Shown: positions 17,851 through 27,099 of the stretch, piece after piece | Layout: every line of letters starts with the position of its first letter | Numbering within the stretch: position 1 is the stretch's first letter | Virus record (IMG/VR): IMGVR_UViG_3300030095_001539 | Span: 1 to 34,799 of that record | DNA length: 34,799 nucleotides | DNA from: a virus | Taxonomy: Duplodnaviria > Caudoviricetes | Strand: one strand, 5' to 3' | Program-made: the position numbers and the translations under genes | The notes under the pieces: generated by a model | The model's database searches: none | What the model was told of the DNA's origin: nothing | What the model saw: the letters and a program-made list of their open reading frames with translations, nothing else

Positions 17851-19335
17851 TTATGCTCCTTTGAATAACACGAAGTTATTAGCAGCTTGAGTTACTAAAC
17901 ATCTTTCAGATAAGAAGTGTACAGACATTGCATCTAAACTTGAAGTATAAGCTCCACCAACTGAACCAGTAATCCAGTTTTTGAATCTTCGATCTTCAGT
18001 TTCAGAAGCTCTATACCTCACGTGTAAGAAAGGTCGTCTGATGTTAGATCCTAACATTTGATCATATACTGTTGAAGTTCCAGCAGGAACTAAAACACCA
18101 TCAATCGCTTTGTCTAATCCTCTAGTAGAAGCATCATTTAGATATTTCCAGTCAGTCTTGTAGAAGTCATAAGAACCTCTTCTGAATCCAGTAAATCCAA
18201 AGTTTAATGCCATTTCTTGTTCGTTATCAAATAAACCATAAGAAGCTGAAGCTGTAGAAGCATAACCTCCACCTGCCATAGCAGCAATCATATCGTCAAA
18301 ATCAAGAGCAGTAGCTCTAGATAAAAATAACATATTTTCTTCAATAGCACCTTGTTTGTCTAAGTTTTTAAGGATTTCATCGAAATCACCTAAAGCGCCA
18401 GCTCCAGGAGCAGCAGCACCAGCGAAACCAGAGTATATATTACCTCTTTTTTCGATAGCTTCAAACATACCTTCCGTACCTTCAAAACCTGCAGTACTTA
18501 ATGCAGAAGCATTACCATTAGCAAGTTTAGCATCTTCACCTTCAACCATCATCATTTCAAGATAATCTTCAAAACGTAATCTAGTTTCAGACTCAGCTTT
18601 TAGATACCATAAGTATCCAGATGTTCCGTCTTCAGTAGCAACTTCAACCCACCCAATTTGAGCAGTATCAGAACCATTTATTTCGTACTTATCTTTGATA
18701 ATTACAGGTCTGTTAGAGAACTGGGTGAAAGATGGCTCAATAGAACCTTCCATTCCGTCAGTACCTTTTTTAAACTCAGAACCATATACAAACATATTTA
18801 CATTATTTGTATTAAGTAATCCTGCTGGAACTGTATCAGCTCCGTATATTTGAGCTTCAAACTTAGTTTCATTAGTAGTTAAAGCCGTAACTAAAACTTT
18901 CATTGTTACTAAACCTGTAGCTTGGTCAGATAAAAGAACTGTTTGACCAACTCTTACAGCGATTTTTGATAAATTTGTACCGCCTGGTCCTGTTCCAGTT
19001 AATAATGGTTCAACTGTAATTTTCGCAGTAGAAGTACCACTATTAGCAACGCTAATGTTAGCAGCTAAACTTTTGTAAGCAACATGAAGTCTATTTTGTT
19101 CAGACCAAATTACTTGATCAGAAGTCATAGGCATTTCAGCTCCTACCATTCTCAAGAAACCAGACAAAGTCCTATTTCCGTATCTTTCTACTTCGGCTTC
19201 ATAAAGTTCAGGTAGATATTGCTGAGCAAAATCTTTACCAGATCCAGTATTAAACTCTAGAAAGTTTGATGAAAGTGCCATTCTCTTTTGCGCCGGCACT
19301 ATTGACGCAGGGAAACTCCCTCCAGATAAACTCAT
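17851..19335 (-). CDS. Major capsid protein (crAss-like type)
   Basis: 494 aa; QQYLPELYEAEVERYGNRT, SDQVIWSEQNRLH, GYLWYLKAESETRLRFEDYLE, GFRRGSYDFYKTDWKYLND, HFLSERCL; follows portal and scaffold. Confidence 0.92.
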   Translation of the reverse strand: MSLSGGSFPASIVPAQKRMALSSNFLEFNTGSGKDFAQQYLPELYEAEVERYGNRTLSGFLRMVGAEMPMTSDQVIWSEQNRLHVAYKSLAANISVANSGTSTAKITVEPLLTGTGPGGTNLSKIAVRVGQTVLLSDQATGLVTMKVLVTALTTNETKFEAQIYGADTVPAGLLNTNNVNMFVYGSEFKKGTDGMEGSIEPSFTQFSNRPVIIKDKYEINGSDTAQIGWVEVATEDGTSGYLWYLKAESETRLRFEDYLEMMMVEGEDAKLANGNASALSTAGFEGTEGMFEAIEKRGNIYSGFAGAAAPGAGALGDFDEILKNLDKQGAIEENMLFLSRATALDFDDMIAAMAGGGYASTASASYGLFDNEQEMALNFGFTGFRRGSYDFYKTDWKYLNDASTRGLDKAIDGVLVPAGTSTVYDQMLGSNIRRPFLHVRYRASETEDRRFKNWITGSVGGAYTSSLDAMSVHFLSERCLVTQAANNFVLFKGA

Positions 19336-19346
19336 TTATTTAGTTT

Positions 19347-20423
19347 TTAGTTTTTATTTTTTGTTTTAATTTTCAACTTAGAACTATCAACGCCAGACAC
19401 TGCTTTAACTTTTAATCCGCCAATAAAAATATCACCATTATTTTGAGGTCGTGATGACGCTTCTATATTTTTAGATTTATCAACTACATCTTTAATTCCA
19501 TCGGATTTACCTTGTTCATAAAAATGTTTAGCTATAGTATCAGCATTTCTAGCAGCAAACATAGCTTTGTGGTAACCTTCATGATCGGCCATTGAACCAT
19601 CTTCATTTAAGAACATCTTAGTGAATTCTGATAACTTAACCTGTGTCTTGCCTACCTCTTGAGCATTATTAACATTATAACTAAACTTTTTTTCTCCTAC
19701 GTTAAACTCAAAACCTTTGAAATCCTCGGAAAAATATTTGTTAGTTAAATCAATAAACTCTTGCTGTTGTGTGTTTGCTCTTTCTTGTTCTTTGTTGTAT
19801 CTATTGAAAAAGTCCGTTGCTTTTTGTTGATCTTCGGTTATACTAGGTCTCAACTTGATCTCTTCGTAATATTTATCCTTAGTATCTTCTAAAAAACTCT
19901 TGGCATTTGCAATTTCTTCTTTAAAAGCGAGTTTCTTTTTCTTTATATCTCGCTCTTCGTCCAACTCTTTATCAAATCCAAATTGATCTTCCATTATAAA
20001 ATCAATTTCTTCATTGTCTAAGTGTGGCTTAGTACTTTTGTAATATTCTCTTAATAAAGTATTTTCATCAACACTAGAAATATCAGTGTCTAGTCTTACA
20101 TAGTCTTTAACTGTTCCACCTGTTTCTTTCATAAATTTAACTAATTTATCTAAACCTTCAGGTAGTTGTAAATCTAATGGTGTTGGTGTATTTTCTTTTA
20201 CCTCTTCTTTTTTTTCTTCAGTTTCAGTAATTTCTTGTATAATAGGTTCTGTTGATTCTTCTTTTTTTAAATCAACTTCTTCTTTTATTTCTTCTTGTTC
20301 TTTTTTATTAAGATTTACTTTTAAAGGAGTGTCTTCTTTAACCAATATGCTTGGTTTTTTCTTAATTTTAAACTCACCTTGAGTCAACTCTCCTCCTTTT
20401 GTTTCTTTTATTTCTTCTGACAT
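19347..20423 (-). CDS. Putative capsid scaffolding protein
   Basis: 358 aa; Glu/Lys-rich N-terminus, helical core, HFYEQGKSD motif; lies between portal and MCP. Confidence 0.7.
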   Translation of the reverse strand: MSEEIKETKGGELTQGEFKIKKKPSILVKEDTPLKVNLNKKEQEEIKEEVDLKKEESTEPIIQEITETEEKKEEVKENTPTPLDLQLPEGLDKLVKFMKETGGTVKDYVRLDTDISSVDENTLLREYYKSTKPHLDNEEIDFIMEDQFGFDKELDEERDIKKKKLAFKEEIANAKSFLEDTKDKYYEEIKLRPSITEDQQKATDFFNRYNKEQERANTQQQEFIDLTNKYFSEDFKGFEFNVGEKKFSYNVNNAQEVGKTQVKLSEFTKMFLNEDGSMADHEGYHKAMFAARNADTIAKHFYEQGKSDGIKDVVDKSKNIEASSRPQNNGDIFIGGLKVKAVSGVDSSKLKIKTKNKN

Positions 20424-20445
20424 AATATAATATAATAGTTAATAA

Positions 20446-22851
20446 TTACTCTAATAATCCTTCGGGTATAGAGTCTTGTACCCCGCCACCTTGTTTAAAA
20501 TCTATAGGTGGTAAATTTAAATTTCTTTGATTTATCATTTCACTCTGTTGAGTACCTTCAATTCTTGTTCTTGTATCTTTTCTATCTTCTATTAGCTTTT
20601 CTTTTTCAAAAAGCCTATCTACTTCCATTTGTTTTAGCTCTTTGTCGAACTGAAACTGCATCTGCATCATTTGTTTTTTCAACTCTGCGTCTTGCTGCAT
20701 TTTGTTAATTTCAAATTCTGATTTACCTTTAGCTATTTGAAGAGTTGTTTCTGCTAGTGCTTGTTGTTTTTGCATTTCAGCTAAAGCAGCTCTTTCACTA
20801 GACTCAGCATTTGCTTGAGCTTGCGCTTGTATATTAGCTTGAGATTTTTGTTGATCTTCAGCAGCTTTTTGTTTTCTTTTGATTTTTATATATTGATTAG
20901 CTAGCTTTAAGTTTTTAATATCTCTTATTTCTATAGCATCTTCTAAGTTTATAGATTGTGACTGTAATGCTACTTGTATATTTTGTTCTAGTTGAGCTTT
21001 TTCTTCTTCATCTGGAACTAACTCTAAAAATATACCAAACTCAAACATGTTTAAATTTTGCATGTCTTCTAGTGTGCCTACGTTGTAAGAACTAATACTT
21101 GATTTTAAAGCTTCTTTAGTTAAAGGAAACTCTAGCATATCAGCTATTCTTAAAGATATATTTTCACATGTTCTAGCTGATAGATATAAACTAGCTTGTA
21201 CTATGTGTTTAGTTGCTGTATTAGAATTAGCAGCAGCAAGCTTTTGTAAGCCTACTAAAGAATCTTTATTTGGTTGACTACCATCTCTAGCTTCATTAAG
21301 ACCGGTAACATCTCTCATCATTTGTAGATAATATTGATAAGTTTGAATTAAAGACTGCATTTTAGCAGCTCCTGATCCTGACTGTAGTTCTTGTATTGGA
21401 ACTTTACCTGGGTTTGCTCCACCATCTTGTGTCATAGATCTACCTAATATACTACCAGTTTGAAAATACATATTCAATGCTTCAGCTGGATTATAGTTTG
21501 TGCCATTACCTAAATCAACTTCTGCTAATCCATCTACGTCTAAGAAAACACCATCTGGCACTGTTCTAGCTAAAACTTGTTGAAGCTTTAAATGGGTTAA
21601 TTGAATCATATCAGCAAAACCTGTCATTCTGCTAACTAAAGATTCTATACGGCCTTTATACATTTTAGGAGCACATATGTTATAATTCATATTTACTTTA
21701 ACTAAATTAGAATCTGGTCTTACCATGTTATTAGCTAATTTCCAACTTAACATCATATCGTGGCCTAAGACTTTTGCTCCTTGATATAATACCTCTATAG
21801 ATCTTGACACTCTATCAAAGTTATCATTTTCAGGTGGATTAAAAGTATCTGGTTTTTCAATAGCTTTTTCTAAACCAGTGTTAGTTTCTTTTATTTTAAA
21901 AACTTGATTACTATACGTTTTATATTCATAATACAAAACAGCTACACTGTTATTGTCTTGCCTGCCATTGAATTGATAGTTATAACTAGCACTACTAGGA
22001 TATTGTTGTATTGTCTCTAAATCTTTATCATCTAAGTAGGGAAATTCTTTTTTAAGTTCATTTAAACTTATATATTTAACTTCACCCACATACCATATAT
22101 CTTGAAAGTTTGGATCATCAGTGTATGAATAAACTAAATCAGCCGGGTCAACGTACTTTATAGTAACACCTTCAGACAAATTAAAAGAAGTTTTAACAGC
22201 GCCAATACCTAGCACTACTAAATCTTCTGCCATCCTTCTCCTAGTAAGTTCGTATTTATTAAAAGCTAAAGTGTTATTTATAGCTTCTTCTTCTGCAATT
22301 TCAATTGATTGCTTATAAGTTAATTGCATATGCACATCTAGCTCTTCCCTATTTTGAGGAAGATCTTCTGGGTTAGAAGTAGAATACATGTTCATACCTG
22401 TTACACTCTGTATTTGATCTATAAGTTTTTTTGCTTCTATATCTCTTAGTAGAGATTCTGCATATTGAGTTCTTTTCTTTATTGACTCTGGATCTTGAGC
22501 ATAAGCTTTAACATCGTATAGTTTGCCATCCATACCATTGACCACTATATCTACAAACTTAGGTATAATAGGTACTGGTTTCCAGTCTAAGTTTAAATAA
22601 GATAAATCACCATTAATTGCTAGCTCATCTTTATATTTTTGAACTGTTTGTTCGCCTCTTGCATATAATCTTAAATTTCTAAAATTATTATAATTAGTGT
22701 TATACCTGCCTGACACACCAGTTCTAGTACCGCTAAACCAATCTCCTTCAATCGCTCTACCAACTTGCCTACCGTAATCTAAACTTTCTTTAACCTCGTC
22801 AGGTACAACCTGATCCGGGAATGAACTGCCATTATAAGTTTGTATTTGCAT
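20446..22851 (-). CDS. Portal protein
   Basis: 801 aa; LRLYARGEQ, SYLNLDWKPVPIIPKFVDIVVNG, RDVTGLNEARDG, C-terminal Gln-rich coiled-coil; directly after TerL. Confidence 0.92.
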   Translation of the reverse strand: MQIQTYNGSSFPDQVVPDEVKESLDYGRQVGRAIEGDWFSGTRTGVSGRYNTNYNNFRNLRLYARGEQTVQKYKDELAINGDLSYLNLDWKPVPIIPKFVDIVVNGMDGKLYDVKAYAQDPESIKKRTQYAESLLRDIEAKKLIDQIQSVTGMNMYSTSNPEDLPQNREELDVHMQLTYKQSIEIAEEEAINNTLAFNKYELTRRRMAEDLVVLGIGAVKTSFNLSEGVTIKYVDPADLVYSYTDDPNFQDIWYVGEVKYISLNELKKEFPYLDDKDLETIQQYPSSASYNYQFNGRQDNNSVAVLYYEYKTYSNQVFKIKETNTGLEKAIEKPDTFNPPENDNFDRVSRSIEVLYQGAKVLGHDMMLSWKLANNMVRPDSNLVKVNMNYNICAPKMYKGRIESLVSRMTGFADMIQLTHLKLQQVLARTVPDGVFLDVDGLAEVDLGNGTNYNPAEALNMYFQTGSILGRSMTQDGGANPGKVPIQELQSGSGAAKMQSLIQTYQYYLQMMRDVTGLNEARDGSQPNKDSLVGLQKLAAANSNTATKHIVQASLYLSARTCENISLRIADMLEFPLTKEALKSSISSYNVGTLEDMQNLNMFEFGIFLELVPDEEEKAQLEQNIQVALQSQSINLEDAIEIRDIKNLKLANQYIKIKRKQKAAEDQQKSQANIQAQAQANAESSERAALAEMQKQQALAETTLQIAKGKSEFEINKMQQDAELKKQMMQMQFQFDKELKQMEVDRLFEKEKLIEDRKDTRTRIEGTQQSEMINQRNLNLPPIDFKQGGGVQDSIPEGLLE

Positions 22852-25077
22852 TTATTTTTTTATTTTAGATAAACTTCCTTCGTTATTATATTTTTTTATA
22901 CCTAAATCAATACTTTTTTTAGTAATCATAGGCACAGGCGTATATTTGTTTTTATTACAAGCCATAATAGCTAAACCAGAGCTTATAGATGCATCGTGTT
23001 TAGTTCTATTATTTATATCAAAAACAGCCCAGTCTTCTAGTGTTTTTTGAAAATACATATCACCATATTCTTCATTAGAATATCCAATATGAGTTTCTAT
23101 ATAAGACTCAATAGCAGCTGCATGAGCTTGCTTAATGTCTTCACTTGAATTAGGTATTCCACCAATTTCTTTTTCTGTTGTAGATAATTTGTTCCAAATT
23201 TTGTCCGGTCTGTTTATTGAAAAAGCTCTATAACCTCTACGTTTAAAATAATACAATAATCTAGGTTTATTATTTTCAGCTAGTATTGGCATACCATAAA
23301 ATATACAAGCCATCAAAACGTCTTCAAAGAATATCTCAGCTGTTTGAGGCCTTGATATATACTCTAAAAAGAAATGGTTAGGTGGCGCATCTTCCATAGA
23401 AAACTTAGTTAATCCATGTAGTGATCCATTAGAGCCCTTACCATCAACAGTACCGCTAATGTCGTAACTATCACAGCCAAAAGCTCCAATATGTTCGTTA
23501 CCTGGATGTTTAATACCATTTTTTATTATAACTTTATTTTGTAATCCTATACTTGGTACCCAAGAAACCATGAACCTACCCTTATTATTAGGATAAAATA
23601 CAACTCTAGTATCTTTAACGCCATTTACCCATTGGAAATTACCTTTAGAAACTCTACTTGAGTTATTTATTTCTTCATTGTAATCTATTTGCTGGTATAT
23701 TTTAGTTAAATTAAATATAGACTGTTTTGACTCATCTCTAAAAGCGTGTTGTTCAGTTCTTGGAAACTGTCTATAATATTCATTTAAACTATCTTGATCA
23801 TTTTTTAATCCTTCAACTTCGTTCTCCCAGTGCTCAATAACGCCTGTTGTAATGTCGTAACCGTCAACTCCTTTGATTGGATTTTCTTCTCTAATGAAAA
23901 CAGGTAGTCCGTAAGAATCCATGAATCCTTCGTAGTTCCACTCCATAGGGACGAACAGAGAATAGAGTCCAGAAGAAGTTTGTCCGTTACGATTTCGTTT
24001 TGTAACGTCTGAATTATAGTATAACTTTTTGAAGTTGTTTCCACCTTTGTCTAAAGAATTTGAAGTTGAGCCCATCATACATTTACCTACGATTCTTGAT
24101 CCTAGTCTTAATGTAGTTTTTGTAACCCTCCAATTGTTTAATATATTGTCAGGTCTTTCCCACTTACCACTTTCATCATGAGCTAATAGTTTTAGCTTTT
24201 CACCATCGTAAGAGTTATCACCAGTATTTTTCCAGTCAATAGTTGTATCAAGCCCGTATAGCTCTTTTAGTTGTTCATTATTTTCAAGCTTTCTTCTAGT
24301 AAGTTTGGAAGCTGGAACCCTATACGCCAATTCTGTTTTAGGACGATCCATACCGTCCTGGATCGGTTTGAAGAAAAACGGATAGTTAACGGATATTGGT
24401 ACGACTTTGTCTGTGAACATTTTTTTAGCATCTGCTCCAGATTTAGATAATATACCGAATCTGGAATCACTGGAAATTGTCGCCTGGTTAACAAGCTCTG
24501 CTGAGGACATAAATGAAAATCCAGATCGTCTGTTTTTAAGATAGCACATCCCGTAACATCTGTTATCTGCTTTGCATGCTTCCCAAAATATAAAGAATAA
24601 TCTATTTGCTTCTCTAAAATCTGGTGCTCCGACATCGATTTTTGACCACTGCAAGTACATGTAATGAGTACCAGTAATATATACAGGACTGCCGTTATTG
24701 AAGAAATGAAAACCTTCTTCTCTACGCTTAAATTCTTCGTCGATATAGTCATACCATTTTTCTTTAAAATCATTGTCATATTCCTCCCAATCAAATCTAC
24801 TTTTAATTCTGTTTAGTTCTTTTGGGTATTCTGCTTTTTGCCAGTATTGCTCCGCTTTTTTTTCGCTTCGTTTATACGGTTTATTTGCTGCTGGTAAAGC
24901 AATCCTGAGATTCTGTATTTCAATGATTTGTCCAATTTGTCCAGTTTTACTTATTACTATAAAATCATAGTCGGAATTATAACCATATTCCCACTTTTTG
25001 AAACGATTTTGTTTCTTTAGTATTTTAGGATTAACAACATCTTTTAACTCTTTCCAGAGTGTTTGTTCATAGCTCAC
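22852..25077 (-). CDS. terL: Terminase large subunit
   Basis: 741 aa; Walker A-like KNRRSGFS, Walker B LLAHDESGKW, motif III MGST, nuclease GCDSYD and HDASISSG; GTG start overlaps the upstream TGA. Confidence 0.93.
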   Translation of the reverse strand: MSYEQTLWKELKDVVNPKILKKQNRFKKWEYGYNSDYDFIVISKTGQIGQIIEIQNLRIALPAANKPYKRSEKKAEQYWQKAEYPKELNRIKSRFDWEEYDNDFKEKWYDYIDEEFKRREEGFHFFNNGSPVYITGTHYMYLQWSKIDVGAPDFREANRLFFIFWEACKADNRCYGMCYLKNRRSGFSFMSSAELVNQATISSDSRFGILSKSGADAKKMFTDKVVPISVNYPFFFKPIQDGMDRPKTELAYRVPASKLTRRKLENNEQLKELYGLDTTIDWKNTGDNSYDGEKLKLLAHDESGKWERPDNILNNWRVTKTTLRLGSRIVGKCMMGSTSNSLDKGGNNFKKLYYNSDVTKRNRNGQTSSGLYSLFVPMEWNYEGFMDSYGLPVFIREENPIKGVDGYDITTGVIEHWENEVEGLKNDQDSLNEYYRQFPRTEQHAFRDESKQSIFNLTKIYQQIDYNEEINNSSRVSKGNFQWVNGVKDTRVVFYPNNKGRFMVSWVPSIGLQNKVIIKNGIKHPGNEHIGAFGCDSYDISGTVDGKGSNGSLHGLTKFSMEDAPPNHFFLEYISRPQTAEIFFEDVLMACIFYGMPILAENNKPRLLYYFKRRGYRAFSINRPDKIWNKLSTTEKEIGGIPNSSEDIKQAHAAAIESYIETHIGYSNEEYGDMYFQKTLEDWAVFDINNRTKHDASISSGLAIMACNKNKYTPVPMITKKSIDLGIKKYNNEGSLSKIKK
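23805..24044 (-). CDS. Candidate overprinted ORF 2 in terL +1 frame (79 aa)
   Basis: Stop-free for 79 codons; terL codons here are unusually C-ending (TAC, GAC, AAC, ATC, TTC, GGC). Confidence 0.35.
   Translation of the reverse strand: METTSKSYTIIQTLQNEIVTDKLLLDSILCSSLWSGTTKDSWILTDYLFSLEKKIQSKELTVTTLQQALLSTGRTKLKD
24267..24794 (-). CDS. Candidate overprinted ORF 1 in terL +1 frame (up to 175 aa) with signal-peptide/TM-like segment
   Basis: 175 stop-free codons against 8 stops in the next ~74 codons of the same frame; segment KKVFISSITAVLYILLVLITCTCSGQ. Confidence 0.45.
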   Translation of the reverse strand: MIGRNMTMILKKNGMTISTKNLSVEKKVFISSITAVLYILLVLITCTCSGQKSMSEHQILEKQIDYSLYFGKHAKQITDVTGCAILKTDDLDFHLCPQQSLLTRRQFPVIPDSVYYLNLEQMLKKCSQTKSYQYPLTIRFSSNRSRTVWIVLKQNWRIGFQLPNLLEESLKIMNN

Positions 25078-25349
25078 TTGCTTCTCCCTTCTGCAAATCC
25101 TTTAAAAGTTTTTTGTTCTTTAACTTCTTTAGGCTTTTCATTTAAAATATCTTCTTCTATTTGTATTCTAGTTAATATTTCAAAAGCATCAAATATAGCT
25201 AACTTTTTAGTTGCAGCAGCATTTTTTAATCTGTCAGCGCTTACATCATCGTCTGAGTCAACAATCTTTTCTTTTGCTACTTTAATAAGTTCCTCAACTG
25301 CTTTTTGCCCAGCTTGGATTATTTTCTTTTTCGTCTCCTTGATATTCAT
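25074..25349 (-). CDS. Putative terminase small subunit
   Basis: 91 aa helical protein (ADRLKNAAATKKLAIFDAFEIL...FKGFAEGRSK), translationally coupled to terL. Confidence 0.55.
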   Translation of the reverse strand: MNIKETKKKIIQAGQKAVEELIKVAKEKIVDSDDDVSADRLKNAAATKKLAIFDAFEILTRIQIEEDILNEKPKEVKEQKTFKGFAEGRSK

Positions 25350-25887
25350 GAGTTAAAGCTATATCATTTGATTTCATACAATAAAGTCGTTCACCATTTA
25401 TAATAAACTCAAATTCAGAGTTTGGTGTAAACGTAATAAGTGTCCCAGGTGTTACTCCTGCAGCTTCTAAGGACTTATTAGTGTATTTTACTATACCAAC
25501 ATTAGGCTGCTCTTTTCTATTCTCTAAAATGCTTTTATTTTTTAAAGGCTTGACAAAACAATAGTTTAAATGAGATTTTAAATTATACATATATATTTGT
25601 TCTGGAGAACAGAAATATAAGTTATCTCTAAAGTATGTACTACTATTCTTTTCTACACCTTTCATATTGTAATATCTACGTAAGATATTATGATGAATAT
25701 ATACTTCATCACCAGGTTTTATTTTTGTTTTATAAGCAGCTGGAGTCGAAACTACAACTGCTTTTTTACTTACAAAAATATGATTTTCTATATTGGAATT
25801 AATTACTAATTCTTTACCATCAACCAGCTTAACGTTTTCATATGTTTTATCTAGTGGTTTAATGATAAAATGGTATATACTATTCAT
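25294..25887 (-). CDS. Tandem GroES-like (co-chaperonin fold) protein
   Basis: Two GroES-like units: FIIKP...AVVVSTP...IKPGDEVYIHH and CFVKP...GIVKY...VTPGTLITF...EFIINGERLYCMKSNDI. Confidence 0.6.
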   Translation of the reverse strand: MNSIYHFIIKPLDKTYENVKLVDGKELVINSNIENHIFVSKKAVVVSTPAAYKTKIKPGDEVYIHHNILRRYYNMKGVEKNSSTYFRDNLYFCSPEQIYMYNLKSHLNYCFVKPLKNKSILENRKEQPNVGIVKYTNKSLEAAGVTPGTLITFTPNSEFEFIINGERLYCMKSNDIALTHEYQGDEKENNPSWAKSS

Positions 25888-26111
25888 TAGTACTTAAGAT
25901 CATACTCTACTGATACGGCCATATTGGAGTTAAATTTTTTCCAAGGTAATACTTCTTCATTTTTAATTATAAAAATATTATAAGAGCTATCTTTGTTTTC
26001 AAATATTATGTCACTAATAACGTGACCTCCATAAACTTCTTGACCAGTAGAATAATGCATAGCATCATTTTTATAATCAGATCCTATACTAATCTTTCTT
26101 ATCTTCGACAT
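25887..26111 (-). CDS. Hypothetical protein
   Basis: 74 aa, IRKISIGSDYKNDAMHY...LPWKKFNSNMAVSVEYDL; stop overlaps the next start. Confidence 0.7.
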   Translation of the reverse strand: MSKIRKISIGSDYKNDAMHYSTGQEVYGGHVISDIIFENKDSSYNIFIIKNEEVLPWKKFNSNMAVSVEYDLKY

Positions 26112-26340
26112 CTTTTGTCTCTATCTCAACGTAACTACCATCTTCTAAGTTGATATTAACTGAACCATATTCAGCTTCAAGAACTTTTTTATATTCTATA
26201 ATATCTTTATTTACCTTGTCTAAACTAGAAAGCATTTTATATTTTTGAAACTCATATGCTCCTATTTCGTGAGATATTCTATTAGCTTCATCTTGGTGTT
26301 TTACAATTGTTTCTAATTGTTCTTTTTTTATTTTACTCAT
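26089..26340 (-). CDS. Hypothetical coiled-coil protein
   Basis: 83 aa, heptad pattern ending LEAEYGSVNINLEDGSY; AT-rich leader. Confidence 0.7.
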   Translation of the reverse strand: MSKIKKEQLETIVKHQDEANRISHEIGAYEFQKYKMLSSLDKVNKDIIEYKKVLEAEYGSVNINLEDGSYVEIETKDVEDKKD

Positions 26341-26374
26341 TTTATTTTATTTTATTTGATTTGATTTTATTGTT

Positions 26375-26650
26375 TTAATATATAGCTACACAGTCTGTTC
26401 CAACTTTTAATTTAGTAGCTAACATAGGTGTTTTATCACCTACAACTGTTCCTGGTTGTACGTTTTTAAATATAACGTCATTACCAGCTTCTGTTGTAAT
26501 AGTAATATCTTGTGCTGAAGATTTTCCGTTATATATTACAACACCTCTTTCGCTTGTGTTTGCTATTGCGCCTGTTCCAGCTGTTAAAGCTACGGCATCG
26601 TGACCAAACACTCTTGGTTGAGCCATCATATTTCCTTGTAAACCGTCCAT
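26375..26650 (-). CDS. Hypothetical beta-rich protein (possible minor structural protein)
   Basis: 91 aa with VIFKNVQPG motif; fits the packed operon. Confidence 0.6.
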   Translation of the reverse strand: MDGLQGNMMAQPRVFGHDAVALTAGTGAIANTSERGVVIYNGKSSAQDITITTEAGNDVIFKNVQPGTVVGDKTPMLATKLKVGTDCVAIY

Positions 26651-26652
26651 TT

Positions 26653-27099
26653 TTATTTATTTATTTTTGTTATTTTTTCAGCACCACGACTTCCGAAGTA
26701 TGCTACATAAACTGTTACCAGTAATGTTTTCAAAAGTCCTATCCAAGCTTCATCAACATCGAATTGTAAATGAAAAGAATCTACAGCCATCATAAACACT
26801 GCAGATGCTGTTAGGAACACCAAAGCTAAAGGTCTAGTGTTTTTAGACAGCCATGAATCACTTTTCATATCTGCTCTCCATCTACTAGATACTTCTTTCA
26901 TTTCAGCTATATCTTGCTCTATAAGCTTCATAGCCTGCTCTTTATCTATTGCCTTAATCTTATTATCACTTGATATAAGATTTTTTACCACGCCAAGTGT
27001 TCCTTGATTAGGTAGCACATCTCCAAGAGCTTGCAATACCTTAGGAGCTTTGCTTGAAAGAAAAGCACCTATTTTAGTTTCGTTGAATGATTTTTTCAT
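26653..27099 (-). CDS. Holin, 3TM / gene-transfer-agent holin-like family
   Basis: RWRADMKSDSWLSKNTRPLALVFL, two C-terminal hydrophobic helices and the YFGSRGAEK end motif. Confidence 0.7.
   Translation of the reverse strand: MKKSFNETKIGAFLSSKAPKVLQALGDVLPNQGTLGVVKNLISSDNKIKAIDKEQAMKLIEQDIAEMKEVSSRWRADMKSDSWLSKNTRPLALVFLTASAVFMMAVDSFHLQFDVDEAWIGLLKTLLVTVYVAYFGSRGAEKITKINK

Noticed and set aside
5513-24794. CTCSG appears in both the -1 transframe peptide and the terL +1 ORF
   Set aside because: A five-residue match in alternative frames; the terL copy is largely dictated by the conserved YMYLQW codons, so it is probably coincidence.
20446-25077. Introns or inteins in terL or portal
   Set aside because: Both are continuous, of ordinary length for this group, with no intein or homing endonuclease motifs seen.
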